Assembly (NCBI GenBank): GCA_050293845.1
Contig: JBNKNM010000089.1
Location: 1 to 20,351 of the forward strand
Direction of reading: 5' to 3'
Source of the DNA: Pseudobacteriovorax sp.
GTDB lineage: Bacteria > Bdellovibrionota_B > Oligoflexia > Oligoflexales > Oligoflexaceae
DNA: 20,351 nt
Shown: positions 1 through 8,095 of the stretch, piece by piece
Numbering within the stretch: position 1 is the stretch's first letter
Layout: the number at the start of each line of letters is the position of its first letter
Position numbers and translations under genes: made by a program
The notes under the pieces: model-generated
Seen by the model: the letters and a program-made list of their open reading frames with translations, nothing else
Databases searched by the model: none
Told to the model about the DNA's origin: nothing

Positions 1-79
1 AGACAGAGAATTAATCCCTGGAAACATAAACAGATTATTTTTGACGACTGGACTGGATGGATCGTCCAATGTGTCCACA

Positions 80-2029
80 CTAGCTAGACCACACACGTGC
101 GACTAGATCAACAAAGGTAGTATTAAAGTTACCTTTTGAATCGGTAACAGTAATGGTAATTTCACCTTCTTTTAAACCTATGGGTAGGAGAATATTAACC
201 TTATCTGCACTACCAGTTGTTTGCCCGATGAGCTTATTCCCAAGAAAAACTTCTATTTTTTCAATGTCCGAATATTTCTCTTTGGTATCAATGGATAGCG
301 AGTATCGGCTGGAATTGTTAGCTTTTATTGAAAAATCACTCTCTGCCACAAATGCTTGGGCCTTGATGGATTCCATGAGTAGATTCATATTGATCATCCG
401 CCCACCGGCAATATTCTTCCCAAAATTCAATGAGACAGCAGAATCTAACAACTCAGCCTTAATGTCTTGTGCCGACAATTCAGGGGCAAAAGCCCAAAAC
501 AGGGCTACAGCACCAGCTACTAGAGGAGACGCCATAGACGTTCCACTTAATACAGCATAGCCCACATTGGGATCATTGGGATCGACAAAAGTTGAAGCGA
601 TACTCTGTCCTGGAGCTGCTATGTCTACAGATGTTTGCCCATAATTCGAGAATTCAGCAAGATCACCGGCACCATGAACAGCCGCTACTGAAATGATGCC
701 ACTATCATTGTAGCTAGCAGGGTATGACGGATTTAAGTCGTTGTCATTATTTTCATTTCCTGCTGCCGCTACCAAGATTTTGCCATTGTCAGTATTCATA
801 GCAATAGCATCGACCATAGGCTGCGAAAAGCCACCGCCCCCTAAAGACATATTTAGTACTTTGGCATTCGTAGAAGCTACATATACCAATCCATTGACAA
901 CCGCTTCTGTGGTACCTGTACCATCATCACCTAATACCTTTACCGGTATAATAGCAGCCTTCCAGCAAATACCAGCAACTCCTTCTGCATTGTTACCAAT
1001 GGCACCAATAGTACCAGACACATGGGTTCCATGTCCCTGACGATCAACAAAGTCGTTAATATTGTTGGTCGAGAAGTTTCTGCCCGCATTAGCCAGCACA
1101 TTATCTGCTAAATCAGGATGGTTGGCATCGATGCCGGTGTCTAGTACCGCTACAGGAACCGCACTACAGTCGGTCTGTTTATCCCAAGCAATAGTAGCCT
1201 GCGAGTCCGTATCCTGCACAAATTGTAACTGTTGCACCGGATCAACACCGCGATTATCCATTCCCCAAAGAGATTCAAATAAGGGATCGTTGGGAACTGC
1301 GGTTGAATAAGTGACAAAATTGGTATCAGCATAGTTTACACGATTATCGTTGGCTAATTTAGCAAATAATGCATCTTTCTTATCAAGGGTAGGTGCTGAA
1401 AAGTTGAATCGATAAGTATTAGGTAAGAGCATTTTTTGAGATGAAACAAAATCATAATCTTTAGTGAAATGTGCCAAATCAGTTTCACTCAAGGGGTGTT
1501 GAAACTGAACGATCAGGTGCTCGCCAACTTCAACATGTACAGACTCAACCTGACCTGTTTTCTTACTGACATTTTCTCTTATAATGAAGAACTCACCTAA
1601 TGCGCTAGGCGCTCTCACCAGGGTTACCCGCACTAGCTTTTCATCAACACCCGTATAATCGCGAGTTTCTATGACGTTGGATTGTTTGAGCTTCTGAATA
1701 TGGTTTTTCTTCAGAGAAAATAAACCTGATTCCATTGAGATATCTGGCAAAGACGCTGCTGAGTTCGCATCTGTTGCTATCCCTTGATCCACCACCGGGT
1801 CAGGCTGCTTGATAGCTCCATCATAAGTAAATTTAATCGTAGGGGAAATTGTGTTCTGATATCCTGATTTTGATTTTGAGAGTATAGCCTTCTCAGACTG
1901 AGGAGCCTGTTGTTGTATTGATGTGGTGGTGAGATGTTCTGCTTTTTTTTCCTGTATAAAGTTTGTGGTATAATAAATGCAGTACATAGCGATGGCGACA
2001 GCCACCCCAAATCCAAGTTGCGTTTTCAT
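80..2029 (-). CDS. S8 family subtilisin-like serine protease with N-terminal signal/TM anchor, prodomain and C-terminal Ig-like region
   Basis: Catalytic motifs VAVLDTG (Asp), HGTHVSG (His), AAAGN (oxyanion Asn) and GTSMASP (Ser). Hydrophobic N-terminus LGFGVAVAIAMYCIYY. C-terminal ITITVTDSKGN resembles a bacterial Ig-like strand. Purine-rich SD (GGGGA) just upstream of the ATG on the - strand. Confidence 0.95.
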   Translation of the reverse strand: MKTQLGFGVAVAIAMYCIYYTTNFIQEKKAEHLTTTSIQQQAPQSEKAILSKSKSGYQNTISPTIKFTYDGAIKQPDPVVDQGIATDANSAASLPDISMESGLFSLKKNHIQKLKQSNVIETRDYTGVDEKLVRVTLVRAPSALGEFFIIRENVSKKTGQVESVHVEVGEHLIVQFQHPLSETDLAHFTKDYDFVSSQKMLLPNTYRFNFSAPTLDKKDALFAKLANDNRVNYADTNFVTYSTAVPNDPLFESLWGMDNRGVDPVQQLQFVQDTDSQATIAWDKQTDCSAVPVAVLDTGIDANHPDLADNVLANAGRNFSTNNINDFVDRQGHGTHVSGTIGAIGNNAEGVAGICWKAAIIPVKVLGDDGTGTTEAVVNGLVYVASTNAKVLNMSLGGGGFSQPMVDAIAMNTDNGKILVAAAGNENNDNDLNPSYPASYNDSGIISVAAVHGAGDLAEFSNYGQTSVDIAAPGQSIASTFVDPNDPNVGYAVLSGTSMASPLVAGAVALFWAFAPELSAQDIKAELLDSAVSLNFGKNIAGGRMINMNLLMESIKAQAFVAESDFSIKANNSSRYSLSIDTKEKYSDIEKIEVFLGNKLIGQTTGSADKVNILLPIGLKEGEITITVTDSKGNFNTTFVDLVARVWSS

Positions 2030-2240
2030 GATTCCCCTTTAGTCGGAAACAAATCGTCCTAAACTATACATGGTCTTAATCCTGCAATAGTCGATCCAAG
2101 CAAGGTGCGTTTTTTCGGATGTGATTTCAAAGATATTAGGCGGATTGTTGTGAACAATAACTGAACACTGTTTACTATTCAAACATTCCTCGAAGAATGT
2201 TAGTATATTTTGTAAAAGCAAAATTTGAAAGGCATAGATC

Positions 2241-2447
2241 ATGATTCAATATGATGACGATCAAGATCGTAATATGGAAATGAATAAAAGCTTACAGGAA
2301 TTTGCCCATGAAATCGGCATCATCTGTGCACTAGAAGCTGGGGGTAAACTGGACTCGAAAAGCGCTTACAAACGCATCAAGAGCAAGTGGAAGGAACTCA
2401 AGAATAAAAAAAAGGAGTTATTTCCAAAAGTTGACTCCGCAGTCTAA
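2241..2447 (+). CDS. Small helical hypothetical protein resembling the cyanobacterial/cyanophage 'LQEFA..ICxLExGGK..AY..IK..WK.LK' family (DUF7219-like)
   Basis: Sequence LQEFAHEIGIICALEAGGKLDSKSAYKRIKSKWKELK matches a pattern I recall from cyanobacterial small proteins. AAGG upstream of the ATG. The family name is from memory, not from a search. Confidence 0.75.
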   Translation: MIQYDDDQDRNMEMNKSLQEFAHEIGIICALEAGGKLDSKSAYKRIKSKWKELKNKKKELFPKVDSAV

Positions 2448-2481
2448 TCCATAACAGCTAGCGACACAATGAGGATGATGG

Positions 2482-4077
2482 ATGGAACAAACTCTAGCAG
2501 ATTTGGTTCGGCTGGAAACAAAGGCCACTAAAGGCTTACAACTAGAAGCTTCTTTTTCTTACAGGTTGCGAACTAAAGAGGGTAATAAAAAAGGAATTCC
2601 TAAAGAATTTCATGTTGAAAGTTTTTTTTTCTTGCCCTCTCAACTTAATATAAATAGCACGACATATCCCATTGAAGATTTCTATCGCGATATGAAGTCT
2701 TACATCAATTTCAGAATCCCTAAACTCTCCTACAAAGAGCTGGTGGGTATTGGAAAAAACTTTAGTAATTCGCCACTATTTCGTATTGAGCAATTTTTAA
2801 GTCAGCTGGAAAACCGCCCCTTAAATCAATTGCAACGCAAGTACCTATTACAAGAACTCCGGGTTTGGGCCTGTGCTCTCCATAATTATACAGAGCGACG
2901 TCTACAAAAGCTAAGAAAAATTGAAAACTCGCGGCATCACCACCACTCCAAAGAAGATTTGTCCAACCATTTTCTTAAGCGCACCAATAGCCAAAGTCTC
3001 AAGAATATCAGTCACATTTTTAAGATTTGGGGTCTTACACTACATAAAATTTGCTGTAAACACCAATCATTATCCTTAGATTACGATATCCAAAGTGTCG
3101 ACGAATATGTTTTCATGGTTTCCAGAGACTTCATCTTCGAACTGCAGCGTCTGTCTCAATTGATTACAAATAATATTGCCACTATGAATCACGATATCAA
3201 AGCAAGAATCCGTTTACTACGATGGTATGCTCGCAAACGAGATTTTTTATGGCTTGAAACCCAAACCCCAGACTCAACAATTGAGGACTACATTCATAGA
3301 AAGGCCGCTCTGAAAAAGGAAATTTGGTCTTCCCTTTATATTGAAACTCGCTCCCAGTCGCTCTTTAAACTACGCAAACAGATGGGGTCCATGCTAGCTG
3401 CAGGCTTTGCAGGGTTTTGGGCTGTGTTAGCAGAGATTTTAATCAACCGCAACGGCACGAGCACTCGGAATCTCAATACCAGTGGTTTTATTCTCATTAC
3501 AGCACTCGTACTTGCCTATATCCTTAAAGATCGTATTAAAGAAATTGGTCGAACGCGCTTCAAATCTGGCCTCTTTGGAAGACTCCCTGACACCCATTGC
3601 AAGTTATTATTCGATGCGGGTACTTCCCTAAGACCCCTTGAAGTAGGTACATATTCCGAGAAGGCCTACTATGAAAAGATCAAAAATATACCAGAAGATC
3701 TTCTGCAAGCTGTGTTCGATCATAATTCCATATGCGGAGACCATATCTATTATTCCAAGCGCATCCGGGTTTATCGCAACCGCATTCTAAAGCTAGGTCT
3801 TAAAATAAGCGCTATCTATGACTTTTTTCGAATTAGTCTTAAACCTTTGATGTTTTATGTGGAAAATAGCTTGGAGAACGTCTTTCTGCCGGATCAAAAG
3901 CTGAACTTCGTAGTTAATTCCATGCCAAAGGTATATAAAATTGATCTTATATTCAAAATAAGTGGTAAAGTGAAGCCCAAGCATCTTCCCATGTGGCGTC
4001 ACTACAAAATAACAGTTTCGAAAAATCGTATTCATCATATCCAAGCCCAACCTCTATCCTCCCGATGCAAACATTAG
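2482..4077 (+). CDS. Hypothetical membrane protein: large soluble N-region, two adjacent TM helices, beta-rich C-region
   Basis: 531-aa ORF with SD GAGGA at 2472-2476. Hydrophobic segments MLAAGFAGFWAVLAEILI and FILITALVLAYIL, followed by KDRIKE. Motif-like FFLPSQLNINSTTYPIEDFYRDMKSYI near the N-terminus. Confidence 0.85.
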   Translation: MEQTLADLVRLETKATKGLQLEASFSYRLRTKEGNKKGIPKEFHVESFFFLPSQLNINSTTYPIEDFYRDMKSYINFRIPKLSYKELVGIGKNFSNSPLFRIEQFLSQLENRPLNQLQRKYLLQELRVWACALHNYTERRLQKLRKIENSRHHHHSKEDLSNHFLKRTNSQSLKNISHIFKIWGLTLHKICCKHQSLSLDYDIQSVDEYVFMVSRDFIFELQRLSQLITNNIATMNHDIKARIRLLRWYARKRDFLWLETQTPDSTIEDYIHRKAALKKEIWSSLYIETRSQSLFKLRKQMGSMLAAGFAGFWAVLAEILINRNGTSTRNLNTSGFILITALVLAYILKDRIKEIGRTRFKSGLFGRLPDTHCKLLFDAGTSLRPLEVGTYSEKAYYEKIKNIPEDLLQAVFDHNSICGDHIYYSKRIRVYRNRILKLGLKISAIYDFFRISLKPLMFYVENSLENVFLPDQKLNFVVNSMPKVYKIDLIFKISGKVKPKHLPMWRHYKITVSKNRIHHIQAQPLSSRCKH

Positions 4078-4092
4078 TAATGATGAAAGCCA

Positions 4093-4121
4093 TTGACATG
4101 GCACACGAGACCGTGAAATAA
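4093..4121 (+). promoter_or_regulatory. Candidate sigma70 promoter for the riboswitch/cob operon
   Basis: Perfect TTGACA at 4093-4098 directly upstream of the riboswitch. The -10 region (GAAATA/AAATAA near 4115-4121) is a poor match. Confidence 0.35.
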
Positions 4122-4285
4122 AGCACTTGCTGGTCCGTACGGATAAAGGGAACCAGGTGAAATTCCTGGACGATCCCGTCACTGTGATTGGGTTAATCAA
4201 GTTATAAGCCACTCTTACTCTATTTAAGGGGAAGGCGACTTGGTGCACAAGAAACCCTCAGTCAGGAAACCTGCCAGCTTATGTT
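4120..4285 (+). promoter_or_regulatory. Cobalamin (AdoCbl/B12) riboswitch
   Basis: Hallmark motifs in order: AAGGGAA-CCAGG-TGAAATT-CCTGG, CCCGTCACTGTGA, GCCACT...GGGAAGGC and the B12 box AGTCAGGAAACCTGCC. P1 is GCTGG (4129-4133) pairing with CCAGC (4274-4278). It lies directly upstream of cob genes. Confidence 0.96.
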
Positions 4286-4378
4286 TACTCTGGCATCTTA
4301 CCTCGGGGAATCGGTGAGAGGTCTTGTCCTATTACTACACTTCAGTACCATCTATTCCCCATCTATGGAGATTCTTCA

Positions 4379-4903
4379 ATGCCTCAACGCAAGGGGATTG
4401 TTATTGTCTATACTGGCGATGGCAAAGGTAAAACGACAGCAGCATTTGGCATGGCTTTCAGAGCCTTGGGTCGCGGCTTTAAAGTGGGTATCGTCCAGTT
4501 CATCAAAGGCAAATGGATGACTGGCGAACGTAAATATGCCGAATCGATAGAGTCTGTTGACATTGATGTTATGGGGAAGGGTTTTACCTGGGAAAGCGCT
4601 GACCTTAAACAAGACAAACAGGCAGCTATCGCAGCCTGGCGAAGGGGAAAAACGCTGATTCAAGATGGAGCCCACCCTATTGTCATTTTGGATGAAATAA
4701 CATATGCCATAAACTATGGATTCATTGATGGTGACGACGTGGTTGCAACTTTAGTAAACAAGCCTGAAGCAATCACAGTGGTCCTTACCGGCCGCAATGC
4801 CCCTGAGAGTTTATGCAATATAGCTGACCTGATCACCGAAATGAAGATGTTGAAGCATCCTTATAGCGATGGACATAGGGCTTTGGTTGGTGTTGACTTT
4901 TAA
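4379..4903 (+). CDS. cobO: Cob(I)yrinic acid a,c-diamide / corrinoid adenosyltransferase (CobO/BtuR/CobA type)
   Basis: YTGDGKGKTTAAFG P-loop, VQFIKG, MGKGFTW, ILDEI, VLTGRNAP and KHPY..G motifs. SD GGAG at 4367-4370. Confidence 0.96.
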   Translation: MPQRKGIVIVYTGDGKGKTTAAFGMAFRALGRGFKVGIVQFIKGKWMTGERKYAESIESVDIDVMGKGFTWESADLKQDKQAAIAAWRRGKTLIQDGAHPIVILDEITYAINYGFIDGDDVVATLVNKPEAITVVLTGRNAPESLCNIADLITEMKMLKHPYSDGHRALVGVDF

Positions 4904-5597
4904 TTTCCAACAAACTTCCCTAAACAAGCAGCTTCAGATGGAACCTTCAGGCTTTCTTTTGTGTTGGCACCTAGAGCACCCCTGCGAAACTTCAGGATGG
5001 ACCCTGGTAGGTAGCCAGGCTAGAGGCATCAAAACCTTGTACTGGCTGAGGGTCTGTGCTGCCGATATCCAACATGTTTGCCCTACTTCCTTTTGTCGTA
5101 ATCGTATCGAACCCTACGCGGAACATCCCTATGCTTGCTTTTTAACCAGCGCTAGCCTGACGGATTTTTCGTCGAGCGTTCAGCAAAAAAGCGAGTTGTC
5201 GGTGCGTTGCATAGCCACAGTGGGGCTGGGAAACGCCCTACGAGTTGGTGATCCAGCAGCTCACTCCCCCGTGAATACTATCAATATTGCCTGCGAAATC
5301 AATCAGAGCTTAACAACTAAAGCCCGCATAGAAGGTCTATCCATTATAGGGGAAGCAAAATCCCTTGCCATGATTGAGCATGGTATTGTCAGTTACAAAA
5401 CGCATCGGTTGGCGACAGGAACGGGAACTGACTGCTCCATCATTGCCAGCAAAGAAGGCCTAGGGATTCACAGCTATGCCGGAAAACATACGATACTAGG
5501 CCAACTTATTGGACAGGCTGCCTATCAAGCTGTTTATGCAGGTATTAAGACTTGGAAACATAAGAATCCCCATAGCCCTCTCATCCGGAGCACATAA
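4869..5597 (+). CDS. cbiZ: Adenosylcobinamide amidohydrolase CbiZ; true start probably later (GTG 4890, TTG 4893 or ATG 4938)
   Basis: ATVGLGNA, TINI, EAK, ATGTGTD and YAGKHT.LG.LIG motifs typical of CbiZ. Position inside the cob operon supports the call. Confidence 0.88.
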   Translation: MDIGLWLVLTFNFQQTSLNKQLQMEPSGFLLCWHLEHPCETSGWTLVGSQARGIKTLYWLRVCAADIQHVCPTSFCRNRIEPYAEHPYACFLTSASLTDFSSSVQQKSELSVRCIATVGLGNALRVGDPAAHSPVNTINIACEINQSLTTKARIEGLSIIGEAKSLAMIEHGIVSYKTHRLATGTGTDCSIIASKEGLGIHSYAGKHTILGQLIGQAAYQAVYAGIKTWKHKNPHSPLIRST

Positions 5598-5607
5598 AGG
5601 AGCGTAA

Positions 5608-6153
5608 ATGGGTAAGTTTTTTTTAGTTATTGGTGGTTGCCGCTCTGGAAAAAGTAGCTTTGCTGTAGAACAAGCCATGAAGTTTGAAGAACGCTATTAT
5701 TTGGCAACAGCTCAAGCCTACGATAAAGAAATGTTGATTCGTATCCAACGCCACCAGAATGAACGAAATCAACAATTCATAACCATTGAAGAGCCCTTGA
5801 AACCCTACTTGCATATCCCAAAAATGGATTCTCATGGGGTGCTGGTTCTCGACTGCTTGACCCTGTGGATTTCTAATCTGCTGATGTTAGATTTATCCGA
5901 TCATGACATTCTTAAAGAGGTCGATACTTTGATAAATGCCCTTCAGTCCCATGATATCACTAGCTACATTGTGAGCAATGAGGTAGGGATGGGCATCGTA
6001 CCGGAAAATAAATTATCACGCAGGTTTCGTGACCTAGTGGGTTGGTCTCACCAGAACTTATGTCAACGGGCGTCAGAAGTTTACCAGCTTTCTTTCGGTA
6101 TACCTCTTCCTCTAAAAACCATTAGCAATGAGTTTATTCATGGCCGATATTGA
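5608..6153 (+). CDS. cobU: Bifunctional adenosylcobinamide kinase / adenosylcobinamide-phosphate guanylyltransferase
   Basis: GGCRSGKS P-loop, YLATA, RIQRH (guanylylated His), DCLTLW, VSNEVGMGIVP and RRFRDLVG motifs. SD AAGGAG. Confidence 0.97.
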   Translation: MGKFFLVIGGCRSGKSSFAVEQAMKFEERYYLATAQAYDKEMLIRIQRHQNERNQQFITIEEPLKPYLHIPKMDSHGVLVLDCLTLWISNLLMLDLSDHDILKEVDTLINALQSHDITSYIVSNEVGMGIVPENKLSRRFRDLVGWSHQNLCQRASEVYQLSFGIPLPLKTISNEFIHGRY

Positions 6154-7057
6154 AATATATTTTCTAATAGCGGCCATCTGGATCGATGCCCTATGGGGAG
6201 AATACCCCAATTTCTGCCATCCGGTTGCTTGGTTAGGTCACCTTCTAAGTATCATCTATGCTCTGTTATATCACCTCTCCTCAAGCAAGCAGCTAATGTA
6301 CGGTTGGATCTTAGCTTTAATGATCCCTTTAACTGGATCTTATGCTTGCTGGTTTTTAATCAAATCGATTACCAACCCCTGGCTATATGGGTTGGTATAT
6401 ATCTTTTTATTGAAATCCACCTTTGCATTAAAAGCACTAGGTGACGCTCATATGGAGGTATTCCGAAACATTGCGTCCGGAGATATTCCAAAAGCCCAGG
6501 CAAATTTAAGTCATTTATGCTCGCGCACTCCTCATCATCTTGATGAACAAGAACTTATGGGAGCTTCCATTTCATCCATTGCTGAAAATCTTTGTGACAG
6601 CATTGTCGCTCCTTGCTTTTTCTATTTGATCGCTGGTCTGCCGGGTGCTGCATTTTATCGGATCGTTAACACAGCAGATGCCATGTTTGGCTATAAAGAC
6701 CAAAGGTTATGGTTGGGCCAAGGAGCTGCCAAGTTAGATGATCTTATGAACTACATTCCAGCAAGGATAACTGCTTTGTTACTGATCTTAATAGCCTTAT
6801 TCAAAAAACTTCCGGCGGTCAACGGACTTCGCATCGCACTGAGAGATAGCAAAAAAACCCCATCACCCAATGGCGGTTGGCCCATGGCAACCATGGCAGG
6901 GCTTCTGAACATTCGCCTATCTAAACCAGGAGCCTACGAGTTGGGTGATCCACTCCAAATCATCAACACCGATCACATGAGAGTATCCTGGAGTATCGTC
7001 CAATTAGCAGGTTATCTCACGCTGACTCTTGCCCTTTTAAGAGGAACATGGCAATGA
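6128..7057 (+). CDS. cbiB: Adenosylcobinamide-phosphate synthase CbiB (CobD/CbiB family); alternative start ATG 6140
   Basis: D..WGE....HPV.W.G, AEN.CD.IVAP, YRIVNTADAMFGY, AAKLDD.MNYIPAR and SPNGGWPMATMAG motifs. Multiple TM segments. Confidence 0.95.
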   Translation: MSLFMADIEIYFLIAAIWIDALWGEYPNFCHPVAWLGHLLSIIYALLYHLSSSKQLMYGWILALMIPLTGSYACWFLIKSITNPWLYGLVYIFLLKSTFALKALGDAHMEVFRNIASGDIPKAQANLSHLCSRTPHHLDEQELMGASISSIAENLCDSIVAPCFFYLIAGLPGAAFYRIVNTADAMFGYKDQRLWLGQGAAKLDDLMNYIPARITALLLILIALFKKLPAVNGLRIALRDSKKTPSPNGGWPMATMAGLLNIRLSKPGAYELGDPLQIINTDHMRVSWSIVQLAGYLTLTLALLRGTWQ

Positions 7058-8085
7058 TTTCTGAACGTATTCATGGTGGATCTTGCCAATATAATGCAGA
7101 TCAAATCCAACTGGATCTCAGTGTGAATATCAACCCATACGGGCCAAGCCCTGAAATGCTAACGTCCCTAAAAAACTGCAGATTCGATCAGTACCCCGAT
7201 CCCAATGGCAGCCGACTCAAAGCTATCTTAGCTCAACACCATGATTGCCACCATTCCCAAATTCACCTGGGGAATGGTGCTGCTGAAATCTTCTGGACCA
7301 TAGTTCGTAGCCAGCTCCATAAGAAGCTACCCGTTTTAATCCTGGAACCTACTTTTAGTGAATTTCGATTAGCTTTAGAATCCTACGAATTTCCCATTTA
7401 CGAGCTGCGTAGTCATCATAAAGATGATTTTCATCACCATACACCTCATATCCAATCAGCTCTATGTAGGTATAAGATCAAGATGGCTTATATCTGCAAC
7501 CCCAATAGCCCCACAGGAAGCTATTTTGACCCCTTAACGATAATAAACTTAGCCCAAGCCAATCCTCAAGTAACGTTTATTCTAGATCAAGCCTTTATTC
7601 AGTTGTCACCCCATTACCAAGACCTTTATCACCACTATCCTAAAAATATCATCCAAGTAGTCAGCCTAACGAAGGAGCACAGCATTCCCGGCGTGAGAAT
7701 TGCTTATGCGGTAGGATCAGTGGCGCACATTTCACATATGAACCAATTTATCAACACTTGGAATGTGAATTCCTTTGCCTTGCAAGCAGGAATGGTGGCT
7801 ACCAGCCATGAAAGATTTGTTAGGAAAAGCTATGAAAGTATATGCCAAGACAAGGCATACGTTTGCCAGCAGCTTGACCAGTTGGGACTGACTTATCATA
7901 CAAAGGATTGCCCCTTTATACTCATTCAGGTCGGCGACAGTACTAGCTTATTTCAACAGATGAAAAAACGAGGCATCCTGGTACGCGACTGCAGTTCCTA
8001 TGAACTAGAAAATTGGATCAGAATATTTCCTCGCCCTATTCATGAAATTGATTTATTTTTTTCAGCTCTCAAAAGCATTTTGTAA
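7054..8085 (+). CDS. cobD: PLP-dependent L-threonine-O-3-phosphate decarboxylase (class I/II aminotransferase fold)
   Basis: HGG start, DLSVNINPYGP, YPDP, GNGAAE, PTFSE, CNPNSPTG, DQAF and the PLP lysine motif SLTKEHSIPGVRI. Start moved to 7054 because of the ATGA overlap with the cbiB stop and better spacing from SD GAGGA. Confidence 0.88.
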   Translation: MISERIHGGSCQYNADQIQLDLSVNINPYGPSPEMLTSLKNCRFDQYPDPNGSRLKAILAQHHDCHHSQIHLGNGAAEIFWTIVRSQLHKKLPVLILEPTFSEFRLALESYEFPIYELRSHHKDDFHHHTPHIQSALCRYKIKMAYICNPNSPTGSYFDPLTIINLAQANPQVTFILDQAFIQLSPHYQDLYHHYPKNIIQVVSLTKEHSIPGVRIAYAVGSVAHISHMNQFINTWNVNSFALQAGMVATSHERFVRKSYESICQDKAYVCQQLDQLGLTYHTKDCPFILIQVGDSTSLFQQMKKRGILVRDCSSYELENWIRIFPRPIHEIDLFFSALKSIL

Positions 8086-8095
8086 AGGACATCAC

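Noticed and set aside
153..1332. Several short ORFs antisense to or out of frame within the subtilase; likewise those inside cob genes, ispA, lpxL, uvrA, VWA and MoxR
   Set aside because: Shadow ORFs of well-supported genes, with no independent motif or RBS evidence.
2144..2158. Inverted repeat ATTGTT-GTG-AACAAT
   Set aside because: Could be an operator, but a 6-bp AT-rich arm is expected by chance and no second copy was seen.
2039..2242. 67-aa - strand ORF in the divergent intergenic region
   Set aside because: It fills the AT-rich promoter region and abuts the start of the + strand gene, with no recognisable features.
4099..4115. Sigma54-like TGGCAC before the riboswitch
   Set aside because: There is no TTGC at the -12 position.
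4054..4248. 64-aa - strand ORF, and the 79-aa ORF at 4281-4520
   Set aside because: They overlap the riboswitch and cobO, and have no recognisable motifs.
7054..8085. Alternative call as histidinol-phosphate aminotransferase HisC
   Set aside because: The HGG N-terminus, the DLSVNINP motif and coupling to cbiB favour CobD.
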